Assembly: GCF_001194135.2 (NCBI RefSeq)
Contig: NC_068987.1
Span: 50,127,831-50,191,830 of the forward strand
Length of the DNA: 64,000 bases
Source of the DNA: Octopus bimaculoides
Taxonomy: Eukaryota
Reading direction: 5' to 3'
Below, piece by piece: positions 12,949 to 27,135 of the stretch (position 1 is its first letter; every line of letters begins with the position of its first letter). Made by a program: the position numbers and the translations under genes. Under the pieces are notes generated by a model. It did not search any database. It had not been told where the DNA came from and saw nothing but the letters and a program-made list of their open reading frames with translations.

Positions 12949-13317
12949 CATTTGCCTGTGAGAGTGAGTGTTATTGCTGATTACTGTTGAAGAGAGAACA
13001 AACAGCTGAGTAGAAACAGATTTATTTAACTTTTATTAAAACAATGTAGTTGATGTTATTGATTATTGAGGCCATTGAGTAAAAGTCAGTGAATAACAAA
13101 TGGTTGTTTGGTTAGGTACTTGAATACATCATTGAAAATTAGCCAGTTGGAAATTAAGATTATTATGCTAGTCATATATTTCAGAGAGAAAGGTATGGTA
13201 GTGTTTTATTCCTATGGAATTAGTGATTTGAAAATGGTTTAAGAGAAATTGGTGATGTTAAATACATGGAAAAGGTTGATATTCTACATGAAGTCAAATA
13301 GGGTTATTGAATTACAT

Positions 13318-13930
13318 GCAAACATGGCTGTGTGGTTGAGTTCATTTCCCAACCACATAATTCTGGGTTCAGTTCCCCTTTGTGGTACTTTGGACAAGTG
13401 TCTTCTAATAACAACCTGGGTTGAACAAAGTTTTGCAAGAGCATTAGGTAGATGGAAACAAAGAAATCTATTGTGTGTATACACACACACACACACATGC
13501 ATATACTTACATTCACACACATATATAAATATATATATGCATACGTATATATATGCATATATACTTATATCTATACACACACACACACACACACACATAT
13601 ACATATATATATTCATACATGAATATATATATATGTATGTATGTATATATAATGTAAGTGTGTGTTAGTGTGAGTGGGTTCATATTTGTCTTGACATGTG
13701 TGGTTTTTGTCAACAGAAGACTCATTCATACAATGTTGTCTCTTTCTGGTTCTCTGCATTATTCATGACTGGGCTATTTGTTGTTGGATACAATAGGAAG
13801 CTATTACTTTGCTTGGAAACAGAGTTTGTTGACAGGAAGGACATCTGGTCATAGAAAACTCGGCACCAACATGCTCTCATCTATCCTATGCGGATATGAA
13901 AAAGTAAATGTTAAAATGATGATAATGGAA
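13318..13930 (+). mobile_element. SINE family A, tail type 2, with expanded internal (TA/CA) microsatellite
   Basis: Head CATGGCTGTGTGG...GGGTTCAGTTCCC, microsatellite 13475-13665, tail TTGCTTGGAAACAG...ATGATGATAATG. Confidence 0.75.
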
Positions 13931-16230
13931 AATGTTTTTGAAAGTATGGCACAATGTTGCATATGTAGTGGTATAGGTATAGATGACTAAATAGACTCCA
14001 GTACATACCTGGTACTTAGTTAATCCCCGAGAAAGTAAGCAGTGAAAAATTTTGTATGGAAGCTATTGACAAAGGAGGATATTGGGTGGCATGATATATA
14101 CATATATACATTAATTTATGTTGTGTGTGCAAAATCATCTGGTGATAACAGTTGAATGTTGTTTTAACATTCTTGGTATACTTATAATGGTCACTGACCT
14201 GTCAGCTGTAATTTTTGTAGTGTATTCAATTTTGCTGAATAGTAGTGAGGAGGTGTTGAAAAATTGTTAGTAAAAGGAGAGGGAGAGAGTTAAAAATGTT
14301 TGAGAATCACTACCTGGGTAGATAAAAGGTAAAGGTGACATTAAGGTTGCTCTAAAGTGGAACTAAAATACTGAATGCTTTTTATTTGCTTCTCTACTAT
14401 TTCATCAACATAATAATAATTGTTTCAAATTTTAGCACAATATCGGCAATTTTAGTGGGAAGAAGTTAATTGATGCTATCCACTCCAATACTTGACTGGT
14501 ACTTTATTTAATTTATCAACTTTGAAAAGATGAAATGCAAGGTTAACTTTGACATGATTTGAACTGACACTGTAAAGAACCAGAACAAATTCTGCAAATA
14601 ATTATTTCTAATTGCAGCATAAAACCAACAGTTTTCTTCAATAATAATGATCCTTTCTTTTATAGGAACAAAGCTTGAAATTTTGGAGGGAAGGGGCAAG
14701 TCGATTACATTGACTCCAGTGCTCAACTGGTACTTATTTTATTGACTCCGGAAGGATGAAAGGCAAAGTCAACAATATCTATATTGGCTGAAGGCCACAC
14801 TTTTTTGTTGCTTGTCAAGTCAGCCCTATTACTACACTAATAAAGTTTAACTTCCAGAGGATAAAAAAGCATCCAACCACCCAGATGATTTGAACTTAGA
14901 ATGTGGTGGGGGTATAACTAAATATTGTATGTCATATTGTCCATCACTTTAGCACTTCTACCTCCTCATTCCTCTAACTGATAATGATGTTACTAATAAT
15001 AAGTTTTGGTAGTTTAGTCATGCTGAAGATAAAGAGAAAGTATCAGTATTTTTTGTGTTACAGTGCTACTTGTGACTTGAGGCCGCCAGAGAAGTTCTCT
15101 CACAGCAGTCCCATTTTTACTAATTCTATCATTATCCTAGCACCATGTCCAGCTTCATATTTTATTTGATATAAAATTATATGACATCGAATTTCAGGTT
15201 AATTTAACAGTAAAATAAACTGCTAAATAAACTTCCGTATAATACTAATGCAGCAAGTGTCGTAAGGAGAAAATAAGTTGATGACAAGACAAGCTGTCTG
15301 TAGCTTTGATTCTCTATTGAAAATTATATTAAGTAGCATTTTATGGAAAGGCAAGAGCCTCATAATTTCCATTTTCCCTGTTATTTGAAATTGTGTCTGT
15401 AACATTGATACCCCATCATAATTATATTATTTTACCTACTCTACTTACAATAGTAACATTCTATGGAAAGGCAAGAGTGTCATAATTTTTATCTTCCAAT
15501 TTTTATCTTCCATCTTGAAGTTAGTTGTGTTTTATATTTTACCTGTTGACCTATTGGATATCTCTGACTAATAAAAAAAAAAAAAAAAATCCAAGCTATT
15601 TATTCTGAATGCTACACTTGTTTAAGAATATAGAGGGTATAATTTTTTGTTGGGGTAGGATGGTGCATATTAGTGATCATCAGTAAATTGTACCTCATCC
15701 CCACCTCCAGATGCTTCTGTTGCTCTATAGAAATGAAAAGAATAGTTGATTTTGGTGAGATTCAATGTCAGATTTTTGAAAGATGAAACTAAACACTGCA
15801 AAGCATTTATTTAGTTCTGCCAATATGTTGCCCTATGTAGTAAATATGGTAGTGATTGAACAGACGGCCATAATGTCTACCTAATTCTCGTTTTCTCTTA
15901 GTACTTCTCTCTTTTTCTCTCTGTCTCTCTCTCTCTACTCCCACCCACCCTGTGCATTCTTCTTTCCCAGCATTCATTGCTGTTGAAGAATTGTAGTGCT
16001 CTCTGATAACTTTCTCGTAACCAACACTTCCCAGCTTGCCTACTCATACACCATCCTCCTTTTTCAAAGTCTGCATAACTTTATGGCTCAAAAGTGTTCA
16101 GCTGATCTTCCTGGTTAACTACACTTTTGTCATTATATTTCTGTAGAAATATTCTGCCTTTGTTTCAATTAATTTTGAAAATAATGAAGAACTTAATAAA
16201 ATAGCTGTCATTATTAAGATGGTGTTTGAA

Positions 16231-16417
16231 GGTGGTGAGCTGGTAGAATTGTTTGCATGTTGGACAAAATGTTTACAGGCATTTCGTCCGTCTTTACAAT
16301 CTGAGTTCAAATTCTGCCAACATTGCCTTTCATCCGCCCTTTCAGGGTCAATAAAATAAGTACCAGTTTCTCTCTCACCTCAAAATGTCAGGCCTTGTGT
16401 CTATAATAAATAGAAAG
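16231..16417 (+). mobile_element. SINE family B inserted into a MITE, with 22-bp duplication
   Basis: Flanked by CATTATTAAGATGGTGTTTGAA (16209-16230) and CATTATTATGCTGGTGTTTGAA (16418-16439). Confidence 0.8.
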
Positions 16418-17989
16418 CATTATTATGCTGGTGTTTGAAATATAAATTAATATGAAATTTTGGTGGAACATTCTAATTTAGATAGTTTCAAAACAGGAAG
16501 TTTGTATCATAGAACAAACTCAGGTGGTCTCAGGTGAGTTGGTATTAAAAAGGATATCTATATGTATAGAACTGTGGGCTTCACAGTTCCAGTGATGTGT
16601 TTGGCTGTTGTGTGCATGCTCACATGTCCAAGATAGGAAGCTTCATGCTAGGGAGAGACAGCACTGTCATTCACACAGCGCTGATGAAAGGTAGTGTTTC
16701 TTTTTGACTCTGTGTGTGTTGTGCTTAAAAACATGTTTATATTGTTGAATGTGATAAAGTGTAGGATTTGATTATTATCCTGCTTCCAGTTTCAGTATTG
16801 CTGCCAGGATTTGTAAAATAGGGCAAATTTTTCTCCCATTATTTTGTGATTTAGGGGTGTTTTTTGAAAAACACGGGGGAATTTGCAGTGATGTTCAGTG
16901 AATAAATTAAACACACTTCCCGTCAGTGGCTAAAATGTGAACCAATCAAGTTTATATATAAATATTCTTTTTATATGTTTGTTTCATTTTACACAATATT
17001 AAAACAAAGGCTACAAATTTTCTGAAGCAGCACCCCTGCTAACTTTATATATGACAGGCTTCTTTCAGTTTCTGTCTAACAATTCCACTCACAAGGCTTT
17101 GGTCAGCATGAGGCTATAGTAGAAGACACTTGCTCAAAGTGCCATGTAGAGGACTGAACTCGGAACCATGTGGTTGGGAAGCAAGCTTCTTACCACACAG
17201 CCACATCCTGTTTTGTTGAATCCTGTTGAACCATCTGACCCATGCCAGCGTGGAAGACAGACATTAAAGGATGTTGATGTTGATATGTGTGTGTGTTTTT
17301 TGTATACACACATGACAGGCCTCTACACCATAGCTTTCACTTAATCAAGTGGAAATGAATTTGGACCCATGTGACTGCAAATCAAGCTTAACTAAACAAT
17401 CATAACTGTATGTGTGCAATTTTTTTATTTATTACCTGTATGTTGGGCATAAATTCATAGATTGTAACCAATGTGTTTATTTTATCATTATCTTCATCGC
17501 CATCATTACCATGATTAATTATCTTTATTCTCATCAATTAAAGGCAGTAACAGCTGTTATTAGATTTTTTATCTGGAATAGCTCAGGACAGTAATGTACA
17601 TGAAAAAGTTAGAAAAGCTTTATCTTCTTCCTAATTCTATCTTCTTCCCACTACATTGCAACCACCTCTCTTCTGACTACTCTTGCAAGTACTATCACTG
17701 ACCTAGCTTTTACTAATTATAGCTTTACTTGAATAAACATTTTACAGCAAGAGTATATTATTACACTTGAATGAGTGTATTACTTGATCTATTGTAAACC
17801 CCAGTCAGCTCAAATCAATTGAGTTAGGTTATATTCTAGAAAAGTAGTTGATCATTAATTGAGAATTATATACTTCAATTTTGGTTTCGTTCTTCTTCAT
17901 CTTGTCATATTAAAATCTTTCTTTATCTTATTTGTTTTGAAAAATGCTGTCATTGTTTCAATTAATTTTTAAAATAAATCAAAAATAGG

Positions 17990-18395
17990 TGCAGGTATGG
18001 CTGTGTGGTAAGAAGCTTGCTTCCCAACCATATCGTTCTGAGTTCAGTCCCACTGCATGGCAGTTTAAGCAAGTGTCTTCTATATTTGGGCTGACCAAAG
18101 CCTTTGTAAGTAGATTTGGTAGACAAAAGAAGCCCATCATATATGCATGTGTGTGTGTGCGTGTTTGTGTGTGTGTTTGTGTGTCTTTGTACCTGTGTTT
18201 GTCTCCCACTACCACTTGACAACCGGTGCTGGTATGTTTATGTCCCCATAGCTTAGTACTTTGACAAAAGAAACCAATAGAATAAGTACCAAGCTTTAAA
18301 AAATAAGTACTGGAGAGCAATTCATTTGACTAAAAGATTCTCCAAGGTGGTGCCCCAGCATGGCTGCAGTTTAATGACTGAAACAAGTAAAAGAA
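17990..18395 (+). mobile_element. SINE family A, full length, tail type 1
   Basis: GCAGGTATGGCTGTGTGGTAAGAAGC head; tail ends TGACTGAAACAAGTAAAAGA. Confidence 0.85.
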
Positions 18396-19523
18396 AAAAA
18401 ACGATAAATTTAGTAAAATAACATTGTCCTTATTAACCTGATGTATGGGACATAAATTAACATGAAATTTTGATAGATTTTCAATTTAGATAACTTTAAG
18501 CAGGAAATTTATGTCACAGAATCAGATGCAGTCACAAGCAGGTTGATATGAAAAGTGTTTAAACAACACGAACAGTAAAAGACAATAAAAAGTCCGTTTT
18601 GGCAGCTTGTGAACATTAAACATGTAAGCATCAGCAACGATCCCAATTTTTATGTCACCCTTTTTTTTTGTTTTGATAGAACTAATTTTTTTTGTTAGTC
18701 TCCTTGAAATACTCTTTTGCATTGAGATAATTGACTAGGATTTAGAATTTATGGGGGGTGGTTCCATTCTCCTCCCCGTCCTCGCCAGTAAATATTATGT
18801 TTATGCTTGTCTAGATTTTCTTACTTTTCTGCAGTACTGTTTGTTCATTGGATGAAATTGTTATCACCTCTCACTTGCAAAGATTTCTCCCTTTTTTGGG
18901 AAAAAATTGTTAAAACATTGCTTTTAGCTAATGATGTCTTAACTCGATTAAATGAAGATCTACTGTGAATTGATAAATGTTATTGTTGAAAATGTGACAG
19001 GCGAATTTCAAGACCCCAGTATTTGATAAGACAGCACTGTATTCAGTAATAATCTGAATTTTCCGGGTTAGCACACTTACACATGATGTATGTGCACAAA
19101 TATATTTTAGGTTACATCTAAGGCTTCTATTGCCACCACAACAATCAGTGGCTCCTCATCTAACTGTTCCAATTATGGCTGTGTGTGTTTATGTCTCCTT
19201 GTTTTGTCATCAAGTGATAGTTGTCAAACAAGTGTCAATGTTGTACAAGCAACATTATTTGTTTCCGGTCTTCAATGAAAACATGTGGTCATAGAAAAAT
19301 ATTGACTTGCTTGGAAACAAGTGAAAGCTGATGAAGGAAAGAGATCTAGGTGTAGAAAATCTACCACAATGATTTCTGTCTGACCCATGCAAGCATTGAA
19401 AAGTAGATATTGAAATGTTGATGTTTTTTCTCTTAGATACTACAAAGGCATTGCTAGATCTATGTCATCTTCACTAAATATATTTGACCCTACTTACTGT
19501 GGGTTCCTCTGACTATTAGCTAT

Positions 19524-19750
19524 TTAACCCTTTAGTATTTTAAACCAACTGTATCCAGCCAAAATATTCTATCTGTTTTATGTTCAAACTGACTAGATTT
19601 GGTGTCTCACACCTACCCTACAATGTCATTCTAAAAATAAACAATCATATCATTGAAACCTTGAAGTTATAAGGTGGTGTATGATTAATTCAAAACAATA
19701 TGAATACATAAACATTACATTTGACAGTAATCTGAATGCTAAATGGTTAA
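19524..19750 (+). mobile_element. piggyBac-type MITE family P1 (TTAA TSD)
   Basis: TTAA|CCCTTTAG ... CTAAATGG|TTAA; about 220 bp, no ORF. Confidence 0.8.
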
Positions 19751-22700
19751 ATCTAGCTATCTACACTTCTTCATCCCCACTCACTCATATCAAACAATTT
19801 AAACTGAAAATTACTTTCATCAGTATCAATGCTAGATCTATCTTCTCTTTCATACCATTACTGTTCTTTATTGTCTTTTCATTGCAACATTATTGCACCA
19901 TGTGGTTTAAATATTAAACCTTTATGGTAATACTCTTTATACACTTAAACATTCATTACGTGTTGACAGAATGTTACCCACTTCCTTTCATGGCTAAAGA
20001 ACTATAATCTAGCACAGCCCACTTCTACACATGTTAACAAACTATGATGCTATTATTTCTGATCTTTGGCTCAAGAAAGACATCTTTGATTAGGCTAAAT
20101 AGTTTTCTCTCCAGTTCTTGAAATTGAAAGGCTTTTAGTAGTAAAAATAAATATTTCAGGTTGCTTACTTATTTAATCAGAAATAATCTTCCTTGTTTGT
20201 GAGTTCTATATTTATTTTTGTTTCTTGTTCTTATTTATTTACATATTTTGTTCATTTCCTAGCATGAAAACAATGTTATTTTAGTCACACAACTTATACT
20301 GGTTGGTTTAGATTTCCTGTCAATTTACTGTAGCACCATATCACTCCATCATACCATCATCATGCTTGATAATGCCCATCTGTTGCTGAATAGCTGAAGA
20401 GTGTGTCAGCTGATTGTGTGCGGTTCTTATCTGAAGGTACTGTTCAGCTAACTAATTTTGACTCTAAAGTTGCTACATAAGTACCACTAATTCTGAATCC
20501 TGCTGCTAATGCTTGCTTGCTATCTTAAATGTGATGGTAGTTGGTTGGGTTTGGTATACTGTCACACCAAAATATTTTACTCTTCAGAAGTAGCAAATAT
20601 TGAAGAAAGATATTTTTATATAACTCAGAATCAGATGTAACCATTCAAAATCCTGGAGCTGACGTACCGATAGTTCAAAAGTGGAAAATATTGTTTTTTC
20701 TGTGAGGAGGAGGACAAAAATGTAGAATTTCAGGTGGCACTCTTTGCTGGATAGTGATCTTCTCTGATGGTACCAATGAAATGATTTATTTATTGCCATC
20801 GGAACATATCACACTCAACCTAACTTTTACTAACTCAAAACAACATTGTGTGAATAGTAATGATAAGCTTAAAGATTTTTGATACCATCTCATCTGAAAC
20901 TGTCCCTAATTCTATGAAACAAATTCCCTGTTTTTGAAGTAATTTAAATTTAAACCTTTGATGAAACTGTTAAATGTTCCATGTTAATTTTTGTCTTGAA
21001 AATCAGTTTAATAACAACAAAGTTATTTTATAAATTCATTATTTTGAAACAAAGGCTGTACTTTTCCACAGAAATATGTTAACAAAAGAGTTAAATAATT
21101 TAATGATATAATAAAGAAAGCCATTATACAAATTTCTGTTTTTCATTTTCCTTAGAATATTCAGTTTATTCCATTTTTGAACTTTTAATGCACACTAATA
21201 GCTAATACAGACCATCACCAGTTTCTTTGGGTCTTTCTCTTCACTTTAAACAACTTGAATCAATTGTTGTTCAAGCGTTTAAATAATATTTTACTTTAAT
21301 CAATGAATATAGCCCAAACACTTAAGCTTCAGACTAAAAGCACTACAGAATTTATTTTCATCAAATTAAATTTACTTTTTATCAACCTTAGGGTCCAATG
21401 AAATATGCTTTGGTAATAGGTTTTACCTGTTCAAGCCAATGAAGGAGCTTCTATGTAGTTAATGAACCTGTTAAAAATGGCAGTTATATCTCCTTCAATT
21501 GGCACCCTACCTGTGTACTGTAACCAGTAAACTCATCTTAGTGGGTGGACTGATGGGATAATGTAAGTTTTTGGCCCAATGTACTTGGGGAAAAATGAGG
21601 TAGTCATGTTTTCTATCATAGGCTTGCTACATCAGGTTATACTTGGGAGCTAAACAACAACAGTAACCAGTTATGTTCTGTTTCCACTACAAAATATTTG
21701 ATTTCTTTTTGCCAAACCAGATACTGATATTGATTATTGATTTTATCAAATCTACCATATCTTCAAAAAATGAAAAAAGTTTGTTTTCTTCCTTATCTGA
21801 AGGAATTAGTAAATTTTCTCCCATGTGTGAAGATTTGCAAATATCTTTCTAGAGTTGCTTGCTTGGGTTTGTGGTTAAGAAGTTCATTTTGCAGTCACGT
21901 GGTTCCTAAAACAGCTCTATAAGGGAAATTTGATAGACAGCACCTTTGCATATCATGGTTCAGTACACTCAAGGGAAACAGAAGAACCATTTCATATCCA
22001 AACTCTGAACTATACCATTGACAAGTTTAAATGAATTGTTTTCTTTCTACTCTTTCACCTCTTCTTAGATATATAATCCTGTTTTTATCTGTCTGCTCCT
22101 TCTCACCTTAATTACTCCTTCTATCCTTGTTTGCTTATCTTTCTTATTTTGTTCATCTTTCCTTCTACCCTTCCCACATAATTTTTTTCTCCCTTACTAC
22201 TTCCTGTCTATCTATGCAAGCTCAAGATGTCTTGCTTTCTTCATTAAATGCTGCCAACTTCTTAAATAAAACTCTATTGTCTTTCTTTTTTCGCTCCTAT
22301 CCTCCTAACTCCTCATTTTTTTCTGTTCATTTTTTTTCTAAATCATCCAATCTTGTTACCACTAGTCTCCTTGGATTCTGTTTCATTTGATATGTAAAGT
22401 TTATGTCTACTACTTACAATCTTGTATTTAGCATGTGTGAGGGTTAAAATATGCATATTTAGTTACACTTTATCTGCACACAAATTTCAGTACTTTAGTT
22501 AAATAATATGCATGCAAGTATAATGGCATAAAAACTGTATAGTTATGTCTCTTTACATTAACCTTTGAAGAATTGTTCCAGCATGGCCACAACCCAATGA
22601 CTGAAACCAATAAGAGGCTAAAATAACAAAATTGATGCTACTTATAAGTGATTCAGCAAATGTTATATGCCAGGTGTGATCTAGTTTTAACTCAGTTATC

Positions 22701-24455
22701 CAAGTTTACTTTTCTTTTAGCTGTGTATCCTTTTTTGAGCATATCTTCTCTAGGCAAAGTACACCAGATTGGTTTCCTGTTGCCTCCAACCAGGTATAAA
22801 GTTTATAATTTCTAAAATAAAGTAAGTCATGGAAGCTTTGATTCTTATATTCTTCTCGTGGTAATTAGCAGTGGGGGATGACATTTATTGCAGCTGAAAA
22901 TAGAAACTAGGTTACAAACTTGGTTTTCCGTTGGCATTTCATTTCTTCTGTTGCCTAAGGGTATGTTTTTACCTAGCTTTATGATTGCAAATTTTTTAAT
23001 GAGTGATCTGTCTTCAGAGATAAGACATTTACATCTACAGTAATGTGTAGGCCACAAAAGGCTATCAGCCTTTTGATCTGAATTCATAGCAAACATTCAA
23101 ATAAGTGTGTGTCTGTCCAGCAGGTGAAAGATTAGCATCTTGTTATTGCTGAGTGCTTTGTGATAATCAGAAATTAAAGTAATTAAAATGTACTGTAGGT
23201 AATATTATAAATATGTCTCATATCTAAAGATGAAATTAATAGTCTCAAAGATTGTAATTTTATTAATGACTTGTCTCAGACATGTAGTGTACAGTGCATT
23301 TCATCAACTATGTGAGGCAATGAATTATATACTGCTATATTATTTTCAGCAAGTGATTAAGTAACACAATGTTAATATGGTGACAAGATATAAGCTATTG
23401 ACTTTTCAAATAGTAGACTAGTGTAAAACTTGGCTCTCTTAACTCATACTAACGTGATTATTTTCATTGGATTCAATACCTCTTATATTTAGTTTTACAG
23501 CCACTGTTTTCATGCTTATATGGGTAGGGCAGTTGAAGTAAATTTCTTTTCACTAGACTCCCTTCCTTTTGTGAAGTAGGAGTGGAACCTGGTTTTGTTT
23601 AGTCAGGCAAAAGAAATAAGCAAAATTTATGTAAAGAACAAAATAATACTATCTAACAGCTATATGTTTATACAAGAGAACAATGTAAAATAGGAAGAAA
23701 GAGTATTTATACATCTTGAATAAATATAATTGTCTTAGTTCAGAATTTTAGACCATCAAACTACTTATGAAGAATGTATTTTAAACCAGCATTTTATTCT
23801 CTAGTTATTGCATTGCTTCTAATTCCTGTATTTTGAGCTAACTTGTTTCATAGATTTTTTAGCTGTTAGAATTCCTTTTGTGTTGGGTCTATATCAAGGA
23901 TTCTGTGTCTATGACTAAGATTTTAACTGGAATAATTTGTTTCTATCATTTAAAGAAACAAGCTCACTTTCTGATTTAGTGCTGCTACTATGAGCACAGT
24001 TCACAGAACCATTCTATGTTTGTGTCTCAGTGAGTTGTAATTTTATTTGTCATTGATACTGAACCTCTCTATCCTGTAAATATGCCATTTTCTAAATCTG
24101 AAAATTGTGAAGTTCATTTTGCAAATGTAACCATGTTTATTTCTTCAATACTAAGGATTTTTTTGTTTTCATTTTACTGCTAGCTTTAGACTTTAAGTTT
24201 TCTCCTAAAGGTTATTCAATGAGACCACCCAAACAGTTGGAAGGTTCAAGTTTCACTGAATGCTACAAGCCTGTATTTATATTACACCTACTCATTTCTT
24301 TGCTAATTGGAAATATTACTGAGAAGAATCAGTAGTAGTGGTAGTAGTAGTTGACGAGNNNNNNNNNNNNNNNNNNNNNNNNNNNNNNNNNNNNNNNNNN
24401 NNNNNNNNNNNNNNNNNNNNNNNNNNNNNNNNNNNNNNNNNNNNNNNNNNNNNNN

Positions 24456-24488
<33 letters not shown>

Positions 24489-24698
24489 AGATGCATGATT
24501 ATGAATCTCAGGAAGGAAAACAGGTGAAGCAGAAGTTTAATTTGGGTGGTATTCTGAGTAATGGATGATGTAAGGTTTAATCTAAAGTCAAGAGAGCCTA
24601 CAGAGAGCTGAATAATATTCCTTGAGATGTTGTAGTGTAGTATGTTGGATTATAACATAATAAATAGGGAGAAGAAGCTGTCAACATGGTAAAACATT

Positions 24699-24926
24699 TT
24701 AACCCTTTAGTATTTAAATCGGCCATATCCAGCCAAAATATTCTACGAATTTTATCTTCAAAATGGCCAAATCCAGCTTCTTACACTTATGCTACAATGT
24801 CATTCTATAAATAAACAATCATGCCATTGAGATCTTGTAGCTATGAGACAGTGTATGATTAATTCAAAACAATGTGAATAAATAAGCATTACATTTTACA
24901 GAATAATCTGAATGCTAAAGGATTAA
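24699..24926 (+). mobile_element. piggyBac-type MITE family P1
   Basis: TTAA|CCCTTTAGTATTTAAATCGGCC ... GAATGCTAAAGGA|TTAA. Confidence 0.85.
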
Positions 24927-25095
24927 ATCCTGTGTTAGAACAAAACTAATTTTTTTAGATATATTCTTTTTGTTATTTGTTTTTAGCATTTTTGGATACT
25001 TGCATACAAATTATGGGGATTCAGATAGTTTTACTTTCCTTTTATAATTATTTGGTTTCCTTCATATTAATTAACAACTGAATCTTTAAACATGT

Positions 25096-25293
25096 GATCC
25101 AAGGGAAGGCAAAGGGGCCGATACAGCTTGGCACCTGTGACGTCGCAATTCATTTCTACAGCTGAGTGAACTGGAGCAACGTGAAATAAAGTGTCTTGCT
25201 CAAGAACACAACACGCAGCCCGGTCCGGGATTCGAACTCACAACCTCATGATCGTAAGCTCAATGTTCTAACCATTGAGCCATGCACCTTCAC
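25096..25293 (-). mobile_element. Young tRNA-derived SINE (family distinct from A and B)
   Basis: Minus strand reads GTGAAGGTGCATGGCTCAATGGTTAG...GAGTTCGAATCCCGG, with A box at 25272-25282 and B box at 25228-25237. Then GTGTTCTTGAGCAAGACACTT...CAGCTGT core; CpGs retained. Confidence 0.85.
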
Positions 25294-26567
25294 TATGCAT
25301 AACACTAAGCTGCAATCTCCATTCCTTTTAATAAATTCCTGAAATCACATCTGTTTGACATTCAGGGAGGCCTCTTTACTTACTTCTATTATTTATGCAT
25401 ATTTGTATTTACCATAAAACACTATAAACCCAATATAGGCAGCAAACTAAACAAGTTGATTGCTGCATAGAATCTCTCATAACCAAACATGGCATGCTAT
25501 CATGTAGTGATTCTAGACGAGATTCAAAAAATGTCATATCCAGTCTGTAGATTGCACCTATTGTTTACTTCCATTCCAATATATTTCAAGAGAACAATCT
25601 AGGTAATACTTTCCTGGTGCTTAATTTGTAAGTTGATATCCCATGATAAACATTGCATTATAACTTGGACAAGGCACTCAGTTCTATCTTCCTTCTGGAA
25701 GTTGATTTTCTTACTTCAGCTATTTTAATAAAAAATGAAATCCTCTCCTCAAAGACATCTCTGTTCTTTTACTATCTAATAGTCATCACTACTATTGCTA
25801 TAATGACCACCACCATCATCATTCCATCACCACTTTGAGGTTTACTCCTTTTTAGAAAATTATCTTGGGGACCATCAATTCAGTCTTTTTTTTTTTTTTG
25901 TCATTTAGGGTATTATATCACTCTAGTTTATCACAGCAAACCTGCTGGGATTTTATGTTTCACAGACATTTCCCATATCTATTTTTGAAAGGAGATCTCT
26001 GTTCCATCAATTATTAAGAAAGATTATCAGCAAGAAGAGTAGTTTCAATAGATGGATGAACATCTCTTGTTCAGGTCAGTTAAAGGTTAATATTTAGGAA
26101 AGCTTCCATGCGAATGTTGACTTCTATCTAGGCAACAGGCTGTTGCAATTTTATTTGGATGACGAATGAGGTGAAAGCCAAAAATATCTGCTGGCTGTTT
26201 CAGCCTTTTGGTTCATCCCAAGTGATTATGATGAAGTGTGGAATTCCTGTTTTGGAATTGTGTGTGTGTGTTTTCAGAATCAGAGTAGAAGGAAGTATTT
26301 GAATGTAGGTATTACTAGGAAAAAAAACAACAAAAAACCCAGAAAAAAGACAAAGCAAGCAATATGAAGATAAAAAAAGCGCGCGTGTGTGTACAAAGAT
26401 TTTCTATGTATCTGTATAAGAATATGGTGCTGTGCATACATGTGTTTAATACAGTTTGCAGTATAAAGTATACACTTTCACTAGAGTTTGTGTGTGTATC
26501 TTAGTTTTAGGAAGTAAGACAGCATAATGGCTTCTCTGTGTGTGCTCTTATATGTGGGCACAAACAC

Positions 26568-26650
26568 ATGTGCATGCACGCTTATGTGTGTGTGCATGCA
26601 CGCTTATGTGTGTGTACATGCATGCTTACGTGTGTGTACATGCACATGTG
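26568..26650. repeat. 22-bp minisatellite GTGCATGCACGCTTATGTGTGT x3-4
   Basis: Direct reading. Confidence 0.8.
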
Positions 26651-27135
26651 TATCTGTGTGGAGGGTAGGTGTGTGTGTTTATTCTTGATTATTTACAGAA
26701 GTCTCTCAAACAAATAGACAACTGTGAAGAAATAACAATGTCAAAGTCCTATTTTGGTCTTCCATAATGTCTTCCATAACTTAGCTGCAATCTTTTTTTT
26801 TATTTTAGCTTTTATTTCATTATAGTTCTTTTGTTTGTTTGTTTTTAGTATTTATCTTGAAATACATAACATTATTTATTTATTTATTCATTTAGCACAG
26901 TCTTTTAGTTAATGAAAAGTATTCCCAATCTAATACTAGTATTAATGAATACAGAATTAATATTTAAATATCTAATTGCTCTGTAAAGAAAGGAATGAGT
27001 CATTATTAATTATAATAGCTTTATTAATGGCAGAAGTGAACTAATGAGAGAATAAGGGATGGATTATTAGTTGATAAAGTTTTAATTCAAAATCCGCCAC
27101 AGGCATAGTTTCAGTATATTATTTATTTAGATGGG

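Noticed and set aside
20620-20703. KTIFSTFELSVRQLQDFEWLH, reminiscent of a PX-domain motif, behind a good minus-strand acceptor
   Set aside because: No convincing in-frame donor, and the resemblance rests on a few residues.
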